Below, piece after piece: positions 9,296 through 17,808 of a stretch of 64,000 nt of DNA (positions are counted from its first letter, which is position 1; each line of letters opens with the position of its first letter). The DNA comes from Candidatus Poribacteria bacterium (GTDB lineage: Bacteria; Poribacteria; WGA-4E; WGA-3G): assembly GCA_965197475.1 (NCBI GenBank), contig CBDANF010000002.1, positions 1,312,001 through 1,376,000 on the forward strand. Direction: 5' to 3'. The notes below the pieces were generated by a model, which saw only the letters and a list, made by a program, of their open reading frames with translations, had not been told where the DNA came from and did no database searches. The position numbers and the translations under genes are program-made.

Positions 9296-10726
9296 ATGAA
9301 AACACGAATCAGTCTATTTATGTATGGCATCGTAATACTTTTACTGGCTTGTAATGGACCAATCGCTAACAGCCAATCATTTGTAAAGGCAGTTGAACGC
9401 GCTAAGCCCGCGGTTGTCATGATCCGTACCTATGATGCGCTCGGTAAACTCAATACATTTTTTGGTTCTTCTGGAGGATCGGGCATTATTATTGACAAGG
9501 ACAAAGGGTACATTCTTACGAATTACCATGTCATTGCCCATGAAGAAGCAGATTTTATTCTGGCTACTTTTCTTGAAAAACGTGATGGTCGCCGCTCATT
9601 TGAGGTTACTCTGGTTGGCTACGATCACTTATCAGACCTTGCTGTTCTGAAAATTGATCCTGAAAAAGCACCACCCTTGTCGGAAATCGAGTGGGGTGAT
9701 TCCGACAATGTGCAAATAGGCGAACCGGCAATTGCAATCGGTTACCCATATTTATTCAATCTGCAAGGTAGTCAACAAGAACCCGTAGCGTGGGAAACCG
9801 AGGATACAGGCAATTATCTCTATGAGACAATTGCAGAATTAGTTCAACCTACTATCTCAGTCGGCATCGTCAGTGCAACAGATAAAATTCTGCTAGATAA
9901 AAATAAAATCGATAGAGAAGATCGCTTCCTTCCAAGTCTCATCCAGACCGACGCGTCTATTAACAGAGGGAACAGTGGTGGTGCCTTAGTCAATAGTAAA
10001 GGTCAACTCATCGGCGTAAATACTTGGGGAAAACTAGCGTCAGAAGAAGGGGGTTCAATTGGAATTAACTTTGCCATTTCAGCGAATACTGCCAAAAAGG
10101 TTTACAACCAACTTATTGATTTTGGTTACGTTCAGTCGATCTATCTTGGACTTCGAACAATATCAATAACTTACGAATTACAAAAACAATTGCAACTACC
10201 ATTTATAAACGGAGTAATAGTTTCCTCTGTGGATGCCGAAAGTTCTGCTGCCCTTTCAGGTTTTAAAAAAGATGATGTCATTACAAGCATTGCCGGGCAA
10301 TCGATAAAAAATGACCGTCACTTCAAGGCAATAGAACGCCTGTTGCCTATCAATCAAAAGGTTGTTTGTACTCTCATCCGAGATGGCAAACATGAAGAAG
10401 TTATATTGATTCCTATTGTCCTTGGTACCATTACTACAAGTTGGGGTGTAATTGAACAACCCAATCGTAAAACGCTTGAAAATTACACACGTCGTGGTGC
10501 TATTGTCACAGATGTTATATCAGATAGTGTATTGGGGAGAGAAGGATTGGAACGCGGCGACCTTATTTATAAAATAAACCATAGAAAAATTCACTCACTT
10601 GAAGACTATAAAACTTTCGGAGATATGCTTCCCAGAGGCAGAACTATACCAATGCGTTTCCACATTGAGAGGCGTATTGATCAGGATAGTTGGCACAGAT
10701 TTATAGATTTCAATATGACAAAGTGA
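9296..10726 (+). CDS. HtrA/DegP-like trypsin serine protease with two PDZ domains
   Basis: TNYHVI, SDLAVL and QTDASINRGNSGGAL triad motifs; signal or lipoprotein-like N-terminus. Confidence 0.9.
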   Translation: MKTRISLFMYGIVILLLACNGPIANSQSFVKAVERAKPAVVMIRTYDALGKLNTFFGSSGGSGIIIDKDKGYILTNYHVIAHEEADFILATFLEKRDGRRSFEVTLVGYDHLSDLAVLKIDPEKAPPLSEIEWGDSDNVQIGEPAIAIGYPYLFNLQGSQQEPVAWETEDTGNYLYETIAELVQPTISVGIVSATDKILLDKNKIDREDRFLPSLIQTDASINRGNSGGALVNSKGQLIGVNTWGKLASEEGGSIGINFAISANTAKKVYNQLIDFGYVQSIYLGLRTISITYELQKQLQLPFINGVIVSSVDAESSAALSGFKKDDVITSIAGQSIKNDRHFKAIERLLPINQKVVCTLIRDGKHEEVILIPIVLGTITTSWGVIEQPNRKTLENYTRRGAIVTDVISDSVLGREGLERGDLIYKINHRKIHSLEDYKTFGDMLPRGRTIPMRFHIERRIDQDSWHRFIDFNMTK

Positions 10727-10739
10727 TGGGACTGTTCCA

Positions 10740-12377
10740 GTGACTAACCACATAAACCAACGTTTTGCTCTTGGCTTAGATTCAAGCACACAGAGTTTAT
10801 CGGCAATCGTCATCAATATTGACACAGCAGAAAAGTGTTTTGATCACGCAATTGACTATCGTGCTGATGCACGAACCAATGGCTTCGGTATTGGAGAGGA
10901 CTACATCTTACCACCGAAGTCTGATGGTGAAGCAGAACAACCGCCGTTGATGTACCTTGCATCACTTGATGCAATGCTCACTGACATGCGCGAGGCGGGT
11001 GTTGCGTTAGAGAATATCGTTGCTATCAACACATCCGGACAACAGCACGGGCATGTTTATCTGAACCGAAACGCTGCGATTATATTCTCCAACCTACAAA
11101 GGGTAGAAAGTAGTAGATTAGATTTAAATACGCTTTTAGCGGGTGTCTTATCGTATTCCACTGCACCGATATGGATGACTGCCAACACCGTCGCACAGAC
11201 AAATCATGTGCGAGAAGCAGTCGGTGGAAAAACACAGATGATTGAACGTTCTGGCTCGGATGCACCACTTCGGTTCACAGGCGCAGTGCTCCGTCGTGTG
11301 GCAGAACAATTATCACGCGAATACGCAGCAACAGAAAAAATCCAACTTATCAGCAGTTTTATCCCCGCAGTGCTGTCGGGAAATCCGACAGTGCCGATTG
11401 ATACAGGCAATGGATGCGGCATGTCGCTGATGAATTACCGGAACAAGGTGTGGGATACCGAACTGCTATCAGCAACGGCACAAGACATACCCGGAGGTTC
11501 AGAAGAATTACTGCGTAAATTACCAGAACTTGCCCCGCCGGATTCTGTTGTAGGAAATATCGCGACGTATTTTGTGGAAAAGTATGGGTTTTCAGAAGAG
11601 TGTTCAATCATAGCAGGGTCAGGGGACAATCCACAAGCAAAAGTTCCTGTAGCAGGCGATCTGCTCAGCCTCGGCACCAGTTTTGTCAATATGGTATCCA
11701 CAGATGGAGATACGCTTGACCCAGAAGGGTTTGCTAACGCAATGTACGATGGCATCGGTCGCCCGTTTATGTTCGGGTGTCGTACCAATGGTGCTATGGT
11801 GTGGGATGCTGTCAGAAATCACTACGGACTTGCAAAAGAGGAATATGAACCCGCGGAAGCTGCTTTGAAAGATGTTTCACCCGGACAATTCATGACATTT
11901 TGGCAACCGAAAACAGAATCTTTTCCTGTATCCGGTGCCTTTGATTTGATACGCACAACCGATTCGAAAACTCCAAATTTAGCGGAGGATTATACTGGGG
12001 TTATAGAGACAAGTCTTGCAGCGGTTTATGTCTATTCCGAAGTCTTTACAAAACCATCGCAAGACCCTTTATATGTTACAGGGGGAGCGACAGGAAGTCC
12101 TCAAATTATGCGGCGCGTCGCAGGAATTTGGAACAGACCCACCGTCTCGGTAGAAAAGGGTGGTGCTGCACTCGGTGCTGCGGTAGCAGGTGTGAAAGCG
12201 TATTGCGACTATATGGATGAACCTTTTGACGTTGAGGCATTTAGTGCTGCAGTCCTAAAACGCGGTGAAATAATTCAACCTAACGCTGCCGATGTCGCAG
12301 CATATCACGGAGATGGAAAATATCTCCAGCGATTCCGCGATACTTATGAAAAAATTATGAGGGAAAACCCTCTATAG
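10740..12377 (+). CDS. FGGY-family carbohydrate kinase, xylulokinase-like
   Basis: LGLDSSTQS, SGQQHG, RFTG, SGDNP, SLGTS and YVTGGA motifs. Confidence 0.8.
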   Translation: MTNHINQRFALGLDSSTQSLSAIVINIDTAEKCFDHAIDYRADARTNGFGIGEDYILPPKSDGEAEQPPLMYLASLDAMLTDMREAGVALENIVAINTSGQQHGHVYLNRNAAIIFSNLQRVESSRLDLNTLLAGVLSYSTAPIWMTANTVAQTNHVREAVGGKTQMIERSGSDAPLRFTGAVLRRVAEQLSREYAATEKIQLISSFIPAVLSGNPTVPIDTGNGCGMSLMNYRNKVWDTELLSATAQDIPGGSEELLRKLPELAPPDSVVGNIATYFVEKYGFSEECSIIAGSGDNPQAKVPVAGDLLSLGTSFVNMVSTDGDTLDPEGFANAMYDGIGRPFMFGCRTNGAMVWDAVRNHYGLAKEEYEPAEAALKDVSPGQFMTFWQPKTESFPVSGAFDLIRTTDSKTPNLAEDYTGVIETSLAAVYVYSEVFTKPSQDPLYVTGGATGSPQIMRRVAGIWNRPTVSVEKGGAALGAAVAGVKAYCDYMDEPFDVEAFSAAVLKRGEIIQPNAADVAAYHGDGKYLQRFRDTYEKIMRENPL

Positions 12378-12450
12378 CAAAAAATTGTCAACGGTTAGCT
12401 GCAAACGAGGTTGAATTCATCAATACCTCTCACCACAGGCGATAGCTATT

Positions 12451-12918
12451 ATGAGCGAACTAACACATTTTGACGAAAAAGGCAACACTCGGATGGTTGA
12501 CGTTGGTGGAAAACCGGAAACGTTGCGCATTGCTATTGCCAGGGGACATGTGACCGCTCAACCTGAAACGCTCCACCGCATTACTGAACAACAGATGAAG
12601 AAGGGTAATGTTTTGGAAGTCGCCCGACTCGCCGGTTATATGGCAGCAAAACGGACGAGTGATCTCATACCGTTGTGTCATCCTCTCACACTCACCTCTA
12701 TCCGTGTGGATGTGGCAATTGTTGAAGAAAAAATAGAAATTGAGGCTGAAGTGCAAACCGTTGGACGTACAGGTGTGGAAATGGAAGCACTCACGGCTGT
12801 GTCCGTGGCGGGCTTGACTGTTTACGATATGTGTAAAGCTGTTGATCGAGAAATGTGTATCTCAGAAATAAAGTTAGTCAAAAAAACCGGTGGTGCAAGC
12901 GGTGATTTCAATTTGTAA
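12451..12918 (+). CDS. moaC: Cyclic pyranopterin monophosphate synthase MoaC
   Basis: LTHFD...MVDV; LIPLCHP; TGVEMEALT; YDMCKAVD. Confidence 0.95.
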   Translation: MSELTHFDEKGNTRMVDVGGKPETLRIAIARGHVTAQPETLHRITEQQMKKGNVLEVARLAGYMAAKRTSDLIPLCHPLTLTSIRVDVAIVEEKIEIEAEVQTVGRTGVEMEALTAVSVAGLTVYDMCKAVDREMCISEIKLVKKTGGASGDFNL

Positions 12919-12992
12919 TACCAAATTAACTTCATTTCACTGGTAGGCGCGCTTTGTAAGCGTGCTGTCAATAGTGTTCAAGTAATTAATAT
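12918..12992. mobile_element. Degenerate MITE (ATACCAAATTAAC end) carrying a GTAGGCGCGC palindrome
   Basis: Homologous to 53487-53576. Confidence 0.6.
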
Positions 12993-13031
12993 GTTTACTA
13001 AAAGACACTGTGCTAAAGCGGAGAAATAATT

Positions 13032-15950
13032 ATGCGTCGAATTATCATAGCAATTCTTGCGGTTTTTCTATTAGTTTCCACAACAACTTTTGCTACAGAC
13101 TACGTCCTGATTCTCGGAGGCGTTGGTGGTGAAAAATCCTACTATGACCAATTTTGGAGTGCGACTTCCCGATTCCACCAATTGCTCACACAACAATACG
13201 GATTTGCCCCTGACCAGATTACCTTTCTCTTTGAAGACGAAGGCACACTCCCCGGACTTGTCACCGGTCAAGCAAAGCGGGAACCTGTACTAGAGACATT
13301 CTCGCAACTTGCTGAGAAGGTGCAACCGACAGACAGGTTTGTCCTCTTCATGATTGGACACGCATCGCGAACCTCGTCCGGCGTGAAATTCAATTTGCCC
13401 GGACGCGATATTAGCCAAGCGGAATACACCGATAGCATTAACAGTATTCGTGCCGAACAGCAGCTCCTCGTCTTTGGATTTCCTTATAGCGCGAGGATCG
13501 TACAAGGCATCAGTGCATCCGGACGAATTATTATCACATCAAGTTCTCCAAATGAAGGTTACGCCTCTCAAGCCGGTTTCGGGGACCTCTTCGTTGATGC
13601 CTTCTCTGAACCATCCGCAGATACAAGCAGCGATGGCGCAATATCACTTTTGGAAGCGTTCCTTTGGATGCAAGTCCGTACCGACGATTGGTATGAACAA
13701 GATGGTGCAATGCAAGCAGAGCACCCTCATTTGGATGACAACGGTGATGGACGTGCCTCGCGTAAGGATTTAGAAGCGAGTGGGGAAGGAACACTCGCTG
13801 AAAAAACGTTTTTGGGCAAACGCAGCGCACCGCTTCCGCAAGTAGAGCAGAGTACCGCACAAAATCCGAAAGAGGAACAAAACGAACCTTCAGCACCACA
13901 TACACTTGACAACGGTCATACACTTGGCGAAGATACCGTAGAAAAAGAAGCACAAGACGGGATGAAAGGAAAATCGTCGCTATCGTACAACTTTATTAGC
14001 GAAGCAGACGAACAAGCCATCCAAAAAAGCATTGAAAACGCACCCCCTGAGGCAGACCACCCTGAGGACGGTGCTGTGGTGTTGTGGGAAGCAGAGGTTT
14101 ATGACATTGACGAGAATAGTACGCATGTCTATTCCACACGCCGAGTCATAAAAATTTTCAATAAAGATGGACATCATCTGGGTGAAATCAAGATTCCTTA
14201 TATGTTTGGCGCGGATGATGTCACTATCCATCATGCTCACACGTTTCGACCTGATGGTACTCAAGTTGAATTGGATCAGCGTGAAATTGTGCGTGGAATT
14301 TCCCCATCAAGTGCTGCTGAAGCAGGATTGCACGTTAGTACCCGCTTAATGTTTTTTGAATTGCCAGAAATGTCCGACGGTTGCATCATTGACTACGCTT
14401 ATTCTACCAAAAATCCACCACATGTAATGAAAGACGAATTTTGGCAGCAAGTCTATTTTCAGGTAGATCAGCCTGTTCAATACTACCGTCTCACTGCGCA
14501 TATTCCGAAGAAAATGCAACTTCTTTACCGAATTGACGGGCCGCCAATTGCGCCAACCGTTACCGAAAACAACTATACACGTACCTATATTTTTGAAGCG
14601 AAAGATGTTCCAGCCTTACGCCGAGAACCCTTGATGCCTGCTGTATCGGATTTTGCTTATAACATTAGTCTCTCTTCAATTGATTCATGGGATAAATTAA
14701 TCGCGTGGTATGCGACATTGATTCGTGAACAGGATAGAACTACAAAGGAAATTGAGGCGAAAACGAAAGAGTTGCTCACTGGGGTCTTTTCACGCAAAGA
14801 AAAAATCAAGAGGTTGTACGAATTTGTTGCGACAAATATCCAGTACGCGGGGGATGAAAGTGGTATTTGGGCTATTAAACCGTATCCTGCCGCTAAGGTA
14901 TTAGAGGGTGAATGGGGAGATTGTAAAGGGAAATCAACCCTACTTTCCACGATGCTTCGTGTCGCAGGTATTGATTCTTACCCGGTACTCATTTCTGCTG
15001 GCAAGGCGAGCAAAATTATCCGAGAAGTCCCATCACTTGCCTACTTTAATCACATGATACTCGCAGTAGACGGGGGCAAAAATAAAGACCTGATATGGCT
15101 TGACCCAACTGCTCAAACCTGTGCGTTTGGTGATTTCCCTGCAAGTGACCAAAATCGATGGACCCTGATTATCAATACCGATGCTCCAATTACAAAGGCA
15201 GCTGATGTGGCTACAGCAGACACACCTGTACCGGATCAGGAAAAACTGGATGGAGAAAAAGTAAAAGACCGCCTCTATGCTTTTCAAAAAAGCCCGTCGT
15301 TCCCCGCAACTTCAAATGTAAAGCGGACATCTACGCAGGTCAAGGTCAAAAAGGACCTGAGTGTAGAAGTGGCACACGAACTGTGGGTCTCTGGGGATTT
15401 CAACGCAAGATTTCGCGCGCGTCTGTTAAGTGCTAATCATCGCGAAGAACGAATCCGATTACTGCGCGATGCGTTGGAATTAGATGAACGTGCTAAAGTT
15501 GAACATTTTGAAATTTCAGAGATTGAACAATTGGATGCCGATTTAAAGATTAATCTTACATGGTCATGCAAGGAATATCTTTATGCAATAGGCGGTCAAT
15601 TTATACTGGAACTGCCTGTTGTGGAACATCCGTACGCAAAGCTTCTGGCTGAAGAGGAACGTGCCCACCCGGTTGTTCTTGGAAAGGCACTCACTTTTGA
15701 AGACAAAATCACTGTTGATGTGGAGGCACCCTTTGCCATACTAACAGTTCCTGAGTCAAAGAAACTTCAAACAGATGTCGCAGAAATCCAACTGGATTAC
15801 ACAAAATCCAAACAGAAAGCGGAAATGAAACAGACGATTCGTCTCCACGCGCCAACGGTGGAAGTTAACAAAATCTTGCATCTTACAGATGTTGTCAGAA
15901 TCGCTTCAAGCCAAAGCACAAAACGCTTCATCTTAATTCAAAATCCGTAG
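13032..15950 (+). CDS. Exported protein: caspase/C13-C25-like N-domain, DUF3857 and transglutaminase-like domain
   Basis: Signal peptide; VLFMIGH; DGAISLLEAF; GDCKGKS...FNHMI...WLDPT Cys-His-Asp triad. Confidence 0.75.
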   Translation: MRRIIIAILAVFLLVSTTTFATDYVLILGGVGGEKSYYDQFWSATSRFHQLLTQQYGFAPDQITFLFEDEGTLPGLVTGQAKREPVLETFSQLAEKVQPTDRFVLFMIGHASRTSSGVKFNLPGRDISQAEYTDSINSIRAEQQLLVFGFPYSARIVQGISASGRIIITSSSPNEGYASQAGFGDLFVDAFSEPSADTSSDGAISLLEAFLWMQVRTDDWYEQDGAMQAEHPHLDDNGDGRASRKDLEASGEGTLAEKTFLGKRSAPLPQVEQSTAQNPKEEQNEPSAPHTLDNGHTLGEDTVEKEAQDGMKGKSSLSYNFISEADEQAIQKSIENAPPEADHPEDGAVVLWEAEVYDIDENSTHVYSTRRVIKIFNKDGHHLGEIKIPYMFGADDVTIHHAHTFRPDGTQVELDQREIVRGISPSSAAEAGLHVSTRLMFFELPEMSDGCIIDYAYSTKNPPHVMKDEFWQQVYFQVDQPVQYYRLTAHIPKKMQLLYRIDGPPIAPTVTENNYTRTYIFEAKDVPALRREPLMPAVSDFAYNISLSSIDSWDKLIAWYATLIREQDRTTKEIEAKTKELLTGVFSRKEKIKRLYEFVATNIQYAGDESGIWAIKPYPAAKVLEGEWGDCKGKSTLLSTMLRVAGIDSYPVLISAGKASKIIREVPSLAYFNHMILAVDGGKNKDLIWLDPTAQTCAFGDFPASDQNRWTLIINTDAPITKAADVATADTPVPDQEKLDGEKVKDRLYAFQKSPSFPATSNVKRTSTQVKVKKDLSVEVAHELWVSGDFNARFRARLLSANHREERIRLLRDALELDERAKVEHFEISEIEQLDADLKINLTWSCKEYLYAIGGQFILELPVVEHPYAKLLAEEERAHPVVLGKALTFEDKITVDVEAPFAILTVPESKKLQTDVAEIQLDYTKSKQKAEMKQTIRLHAPTVEVNKILHLTDVVRIASSQSTKRFILIQNP

Positions 15951-15967
15951 AAAAAAGCTAATTAAGC

Positions 15968-16134
15968 AGCCCCAGTGGGGCGGAATGTTTATAGAAAATG
16001 GTAATCTTAGCACAGTAAGCCCCAGCGGGGCGAAATGTATATAAATATATCGTATATTGATGTCTAAGGTGTTTTCATAAATCTAAGTTCACACAATAGA
16101 ACCCTCAAAATTGTCCAAAACTTAGTAACACCTA
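15968..16134. repeat. Two AGCCCCAG(T/C)GGGGCG palindromes (50-bp period) plus a MITE right end
   Basis: 16018-16134 is homologous to 44999-45110. Confidence 0.7.
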
Positions 16135-16172
16135 TGTTTTATAACCATAGCATCCATACAAGGAGTGAGTAG

Positions 16173-17180
16173 ATGCCCGCAACTGAAGAAGTCAAAGCTA
16201 TTGAAGAGTTAATGGAAAGCCAAGAATTAATTGTGGCACAGCTTAAGAAAGTTATTATTGGTCAAGAAGATGTTATCAATCAGATGTTGATGGCACTCTT
16301 TGCCGGTGGGCACTGTCTTATCGAAGGTGTACCTGGGTTAGCGAAAACGTTGATGATTAAAACGCTCGCTCAGATCCTGAAACTCAAATTTAAACGAATT
16401 CAGTTTACACCAGATTTAATGCCTGCCGACATTATTGGCACGGATGTGCTTGAGGAGGATCGCACCACAGGACACAGAACGATTCGATTCATTCAAGGGC
16501 CTATCTTCGCGAACATCCTTCTTGCCGATGAAATTAACCGAACTCCGCCGAAAACCCAGGCTGCCTTGTTGGAAGCGATGCAGGAACATCACGTCACTGC
16601 TGGAGGCACCGAATATCTATTGACGGAACCTTTCTTTGTGCTTGCCACACAGAATCCGATTGAACAAGAAGGCACATATCCGTTGCCGGAGGCGCAACTC
16701 GACCGGTTCATGTTCAAAATCGTTATAGACTACCCAACAGAGGAGGAGGAGGTCAACATCATTTCCGCAACAACAGGGGCGGACGAACCTGAATTAGAGA
16801 CAGCTCTTTCAGGTGAAGCCATTGTGGCATTGCACCAAATCGTGCGTAGAGTGCCTGCTGCAGATAACGTTGTTCAATATGCTGTAAAACTCGCCCGCGC
16901 AACCCGACCTAAAGAAAAGGATGCACCGGATTTTATCCAGCAGTGGGTGCGATGGGGCGCAGGTCCCCGTGCAGGTCAATACCTCATATTAGGTGCTAAA
17001 GCAAGGGCTATTCTCAGGGGTCGCTACAACGCTTCTTGCGAAGATGTGAAATCCGTTGCGTCAGCTGTGCTACGCCATCGCGTTTTGACCAATTTCCATG
17101 CTGAGGCTGAAGGGGTTGATACCGATACAGTTATCGAACGTCTCCTTGAGACAGTGCAAGAACCCGCGGTCAAAATGTAA
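16173..17180 (+). CDS. MoxR family AAA+ ATPase
   Basis: EGVPGLAKT Walker A; [13 protein letters not shown]; [20 protein letters not shown]; [21 protein letters not shown]. Confidence 0.95.
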   Translation: MPATEEVKAIEELMESQELIVAQLKKVIIGQEDVINQMLMALFAGGHCLIEGVPGLAKTLMIKTLAQILKLKFKRIQFTPDLMPADIIGTDVLEEDRTTGHRTIRFIQGPIFANILLADEINRTPPKTQAALLEAMQEHHVTAGGTEYLLTEPFFVLATQNPIEQEGTYPLPEAQLDRFMFKIVIDYPTEEEEVNIISATTGADEPELETALSGEAIVALHQIVRRVPAADNVVQYAVKLARATRPKEKDAPDFIQQWVRWGAGPRAGQYLILGAKARAILRGRYNASCEDVKSVASAVLRHRVLTNFHAEAEGVDTDTVIERLLETVQEPAVKM

Positions 17181-17232
17181 GAGTGAGTGCAAACACACCA
17201 TATAAACATAAAAAAGATATTATAATGGAATT

Positions 17233-17286
17233 GAGTTAATAAACTCTGAAGGTTAAACGTCCTGCGCGGAGACGTAAACCCGCGCA
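17233..17286 (+). ncRNA. Putative structured 5' leader: hairpin plus H-type pseudoknot
   Basis: TATAAT 17221-17226; GAGTT/AACTC hairpin; ACGTC/GACGT and TGCGCGG/CCGCGCA interleaved stems just upstream of SD GGAGG. Confidence 0.45.
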
Positions 17287-17302
17287 CTAATGGAGGATAA
17301 TT

Positions 17303-17527
17303 ATGTTTATAATGACTACAGACGACATACTGATCAACCTAAATCAGTACGCACGAGTAGAGGTTGAAAAAACAAGGCTCATAGCCATTCCCTCAAAATC
17401 AGAATATGAGGGTTATACGCTAAATTGTATAGTAATTGCAGAGTATCAGAATAAGGAAGAAGCTGTAACCGCTCTTAGATCACTGTTCAGTAGTATAAAA
17501 GATGGGTCGTCTGCATGGAATGCTTAA
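17303..17527 (+). CDS. Small hypothetical protein (74 aa), paralog of 39172..39450
   Basis: SD GGAGG; shared IAxY-x4-EA(V/I)TA(L/Y)RxL...I...W pattern. Confidence 0.7.
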   Translation: MFIMTTDDILINLNQYARVEVEKTRLIAIPSKSEYEGYTLNCIVIAEYQNKEEAVTALRSLFSSIKDGSSAWNA

Positions 17528-17540
17528 AGGGGTTTAATCA

Positions 17541-17795
17541 ATGAGCTGGTATCATTTCCTCCGAGATGATTGGGATAGATATTATCCAAAATACCTGCAG
17601 TCTGAAACGTGGAAGAAGAAACGTGAGGAGGTCTTTCAACGAGACGGATGTCTTTGTATCTGCGGGCAAACCGCGACAGAGGTGCATCACAAACGTTATG
17701 ACAATGTGGGAAAAGAACCTTTGTCCGATTTAGTTTCACTCTGTAAAGAATGCCACTTTGATTTGCAGGCGACACTTAAGGATATGCGTAGGTGA
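17541..17795 (+). CDS. Small HNH endonuclease-like protein
   Basis: YLQSETWKKKREEVFQRDG-C-x-C...EVHH...LVSLCKECH. Confidence 0.8.
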   Translation: MSWYHFLRDDWDRYYPKYLQSETWKKKREEVFQRDGCLCICGQTATEVHHKRYDNVGKEPLSDLVSLCKECHFDLQATLKDMRR

Positions 17796-17808
17796 TAAAG
17801 GAGATAGT

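Noticed and set aside
9073-9420. 115-aa minus-strand ORF
   Set aside because: It is the antisense shadow of the trxB fragment and the HtrA start.
17251-17258. Programmed -1 frameshift site before the pseudoknot
   Set aside because: GGTTAAAC is not a canonical X XXY YYZ heptamer, overlaps stem 1, and lies in no translated upstream ORF.
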